A stretch of DNA of 64,000 nucleotides from Botryllus schlosseri. Its lineage: Eukaryota. Below the pieces are notes generated by a model. It made no database searches. It was not told the DNA's origin and worked only from the letters and a program-made list of their open reading frames with translations. Position 1 is the first letter of the stretch, and each line of letters starts with the position of its first letter. The position numbers and the translations under genes are program-made. Positions 61,701 to 64,000 of this stretch are shown here, in pieces. The DNA lies in assembly GCA_051294905.1 (NCBI GenBank), contig CM119381.1, positions 21,700,001 to 21,764,000 of the forward strand. Reading direction: 5' to 3'.

Positions 61701-64000
61701 TATATTATCATATTTTGAGTTAACGCACCATTTTAAAATCCAAAGTAGTTTCGATCATGTCAATAAATTTTGCAAACTCCAGAGTCAGCTCGTGCAAAGG
61801 AGTGATGAAAACTTCTTTCATCAGCAGTGGGTGATATTCCTCGTTATTCGCCAGACACTCGCAGAGTTTCGGTACAAATTTCACGGCCTGGTGTGGAAAG
61901 AAAAAGAAACCCGTTATCAGAAAGGCATATGCTAATAATATCAAGTTGAAAATTGGTTTGAAAGTAAAAATTAAAAAAGTTCGTCCGCAATGATAGCCTT
62001 TCACATTCAAGTAGACTCTTGTCAGAAAATCCTCTCTGAAATACGTTATTGAACACAATTCTCATACCGTGTATACTTTGTAGCAGTCTTGAAGATTCGC
62101 TGCCTTTCTGTGAAACTTTTTGGACATCCTGAAAGGACAGTGACATCCATTTCAATATGTAACAAGCAAGAAACATGACAAGAACCGGTGTGGAATTGAC
62201 AAAATAAAAAATCCAAATGCACTATCGCGAATTGAAGGCTCTCAAAACTTAACAAGATTATGAAAATTTAGCATTCTACATGATGTCGTACGACAATTCA
62301 TCATAATCAGTTCATACTTGCTCAGATCGGGAAACTTCTTCAAATGATCCCCAGAAAGTGACAAACGCAGAGTGGTGTCCATCACAAAGGCTTCGACAAT
62401 ATCCAACCTTTCTCGAATGAGATTCACATCGAGCAATGGTTGCTTGATCCATTGAGTCAAAAGTTTTCTTCCCTGCAGTAAGGTAAAGGCGTCTTAATAC
62501 TAACAGCATAGATCTACAAGTTCTCAACAACAACTACAATGTCAGTGTTAACGGCACAAATTTTGGTGTCCGGTCAATACCGAGAAAACCATTACCAAGA
62601 ATGCTATTACCGAGAATGGACATTACCGAGAAGAGACACCACCGAGAATGGACATTACCGAGAATGGACACCACCGAGAATGGACATTACCCAGAATGCA
62701 ATATATGCAATACAGGCATGTTATGCATATGCACAGGTCGTGTGTGTACATCACGGCGTCGCCACATTCGGTATCGATGCTCAGGTATAAATTTCTCGAC
62801 AACGTCAGTCCCAGTAAGCTATATTCTTGACATTGGCCATTCTCGGTAATGTCCATTCTCGGTGGTGTCCATTCTCGGTAATGACCATTCGCGGTAATGT
62901 CCATTCTCGGTAATGTCCATTCTCGGTAATGGGGTTCTCGGTAACGTCCATTCTCGGTAATGGTTTTCTCGGTATTGGTATAGAACCCAAATTTTATGAC
63001 CACAGACCTTGTCTTTCAGACATGCAGGAAATTTGGCATAACGACCTTATTTCAACGACAATGTATTGGTCAGGAAAATGGTGGGATCTCAAAACTTCCC
63101 ACCATGATCCAGGGTGACTCCATCCTGGGATGACATCCACGCATTTACGCATATTAAATGTATTGCTTATTCAACACCCTAGTTGAGCAGCCCTCCCATA
63201 AACCAATTCATCTTTAAGACCATGAAATGAACATTGGATGCGCTTTTATATCACATTATGTTGCTTCCTGCACCTAAAAGGCATAATTTGATTCACGTAA
63301 CTCAGTAATACATTTAGCTTGAATAAATCGCTCATTAGATGGGATTTTCATATTGTTTATACACGTTAACATCTCAAAGGTGATTCAATTCAGTTTTAAT
63401 CGCCAATAAAAGCAAATTTATGAAGATTACGGTCCTGCCTGTGCAGACAAAAATTATCAGTGTTTCACATTTCAAGTCACAAACTTGTACATGCAGAAAC
63501 TAATGAATTATTATAGAATCATCAGATGGAGGACACCACCAGTTTGTTGCAATTTATACCGATGCCAAGGTTTCAAATTAGTTCGAAGGATTACCTCCGA
63601 TGTCTTGCAGTTATCCAGAATGCTGTACAAAGAGTCTGCGTGTTTACGCACGCTGCCCGTCATACTGGCTTGGGCTCCGTCCGCGGAAAAGAGGTTCAAA
63701 GCGGCGTAGGCTGACTTATCAAGTTTCATGAATTGTGACAAGTCAAAGTCAGCGAATGAATATTGATTAAAGTTGTTCTCGTCACTCATAAGGTCTAGAT
63801 AACAGATGCAAGCAGCCAAGCCAGCAGCGGCGGCATCATTCTCGGTTATCATCTTTGAAATGGTGGCCGCGAGAGCTTCCCCAGACCTGGATTGAAAGAT
63901 TACGAGATTGGTTGAATATTGTGAAAAGGTCAAAACCCACTATACCTTCGTTTCTTTTTAACTAAACGCCCCAGGTCTTGCGCCGCATCGGTGGTAACAA
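52601..64000 (-). CDS. MSH2: DNA mismatch repair protein MSH2, 5'-partial (gene continues beyond the window)
   Basis: Exons 64000-63946, 63886-63595, 62472-62318, 62128-62068, 61887-61729, 61296-61147, 61085-60970, 59803-59623, 58630-58453, 57791-57546, 54810-54419, 52753-52601 join in frame. Walker [47 protein letters not shown]. Confidence 0.96.
53657..54275. mobile_element. TAGGGCG-type hAT MITE
   Basis: TAGGGCG / CGCCCTA termini; exact TSD gttatcag. Confidence 0.88.
54419..54810 (-). CDS. MSH2: MSH2 exon ([14 protein letters not shown]...KRVMKK)
   Basis: aacag|GT acceptor, AAG|gtaggt donor; 392 nt. Confidence 0.95.
54839..56476. mobile_element. Foldback-type hAT-like element with ~680-bp inverted arms
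   Basis: Arms 54839-55517 and 55797-56476 are reverse complements (diverged, roughly 85-90% by eye); TAGGGTTGTCC termini; TSD gtagtcag/gtggtcag (7/8). Confidence 0.9.
57546..57791 (-). CDS. MSH2: MSH2 exon ([13 protein letters not shown]...LVIIDELG)
   Basis: ttcccag|GA acceptor, G|gtacgg donor; 246 nt. Confidence 0.96.
58453..58630 (-). CDS. MSH2: MSH2 exon ([12 protein letters not shown]...[19 protein letters not shown]...IITG); not in the ORF track
   Basis: tttctgtag|GCC acceptor, G|gtgtgg donor; 178 nt. Confidence 0.93.
58826..59408. mobile_element. TAGGGCG-type hAT MITE, inverted relative to 53657-54275
   Basis: Internal homology to 53657-54275; CGCCCTA at one end, degenerate TACGTCG at the other; exact TSD gttataac. 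Confidence 0.8.
59623..59803 (-). CDS. MSH2: MSH2 exon ([10 protein letters not shown]...LDVLASFSQ)
   Basis: ttgcag|A acceptor, CAG|gtgatt donor; 181 nt. Confidence 0.93.
60841..60874 (+). ncRNA. Candidate minimal type I hammerhead ribozyme motif in a Penelope-like repeat
   Basis: accc-CTGACGA-G(tgtcagc)C-GAAA-atat-TT-gggt: core boxes, G10.1-C11.1 pair, palindromic AATATT stem III, 4-bp stem I. Confidence 0.5.
60970..61085 (-). CDS. MSH2: MSH2 exon ([22 protein letters not shown]...KDGV)
   Basis: ttaacag|TTT acceptor, AG|gtaccg donor; 116 nt. Confidence 0.93.
61147..61296 (-). CDS. MSH2: MSH2 exon ([16 protein letters not shown]...GKGLK)
   Basis: tttctag|ATT acceptor, AAG|gtgatg donor; 150 nt. 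Confidence 0.92.
61729..61887 (-). CDS. MSH2: MSH2 exon (AVKFVPKL...IETTLDFKM)
   Basis: accag|GCC acceptor, ATG|gtgcgt donor; 159 nt. Confidence 0.92.
62068..62128 (-). CDS. MSH2: MSH2 exon ([20 protein letters not shown])
   Basis: ctttcag|G acceptor, ACG|gtatga donor; 61 nt. Confidence 0.92.
62318..62472 (-). CDS. MSH2: MSH2 exon ([13 protein letters not shown]...KKFPDLS)
   Basis: tactgcag|GGA acceptor, AA|gtatga donor; 155 nt. Confidence 0.94.
62565..62987. mobile_element. MITE whose arms are inverted arrays of a 16-bp unit (ACCGAGAATGGACATT), Merlin-like
   Basis: Array ~62578-62700 and its reverse complement ~62828-62975; GG...CC termini; exact 8-bp direct repeat caaatttt on both sides. 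Confidence 0.75.
63595..63886 (-). CDS. MSH2: MSH2 exon ([10 protein letters not shown]...[10 protein letters not shown]...NCKTSE)
   Basis: atccag|G acceptor, GAG|gtaatc donor; 292 nt. Confidence 0.93.
63946..64000 (-). CDS. MSH2: MSH2 partial exon (..[17 protein letters not shown])
   Basis: QDLGRL matches MSH2 QDLNRL; AG|gtatag donor; 59-nt intron to the next exon. Confidence 0.85.

Noticed and set aside
62539-63003. ORFs with repeated [13 protein letters not shown] peptides; CRISPR-like appearance
   Set aside because: Translation of a 16-bp tandem array without unique spacers, in a eukaryotic intron.

Overview
Eukaryotic (invertebrate metazoan, probably chordate/tunicate-like; taxon is inference) genomic window with two minus-strand intron-containing genes. 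(1) A complete Na+/Ca2+ exchanger (NCX/SLC8A) CDS, 33063->3103: ten exons splice into an open 991-aa reading frame. An eleventh exon, 14653->14541, is a frame-compatible, mutually exclusive paralogue of the CBD2 exon 16051->15942 and has lost the acidic Ca2+ ligands. (2) The 3' part of MSH2 (12 exons, 64000->52601; the 5' part lies beyond the window). Introns and the intergenic region are rich in transposons: many hAT-type non-autonomous elements with exact or near-exact 8-bp TSDs, a degenerate Ty3/Gypsy element (44548-51829, 142-bp LTRs, 5-bp TSD) carrying a nested stack of insertions, an L2/CR1-type LINE with an open RT frame, a tRNA-derived SINE, a 1.6-kb foldback element, a Merlin-like MITE and Penelope-like fragments with a minimal hammerhead motif. 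Best leads: the A/B-type NCX exon switch, TA-GGC/GCC-TA insertions that look like DNA-transposon excision footprints, and an LTR primer-binding site complementary to a tRNA 5' end instead of its 3' CCA end. All splice models and alignments were done by eye; no searches were run.
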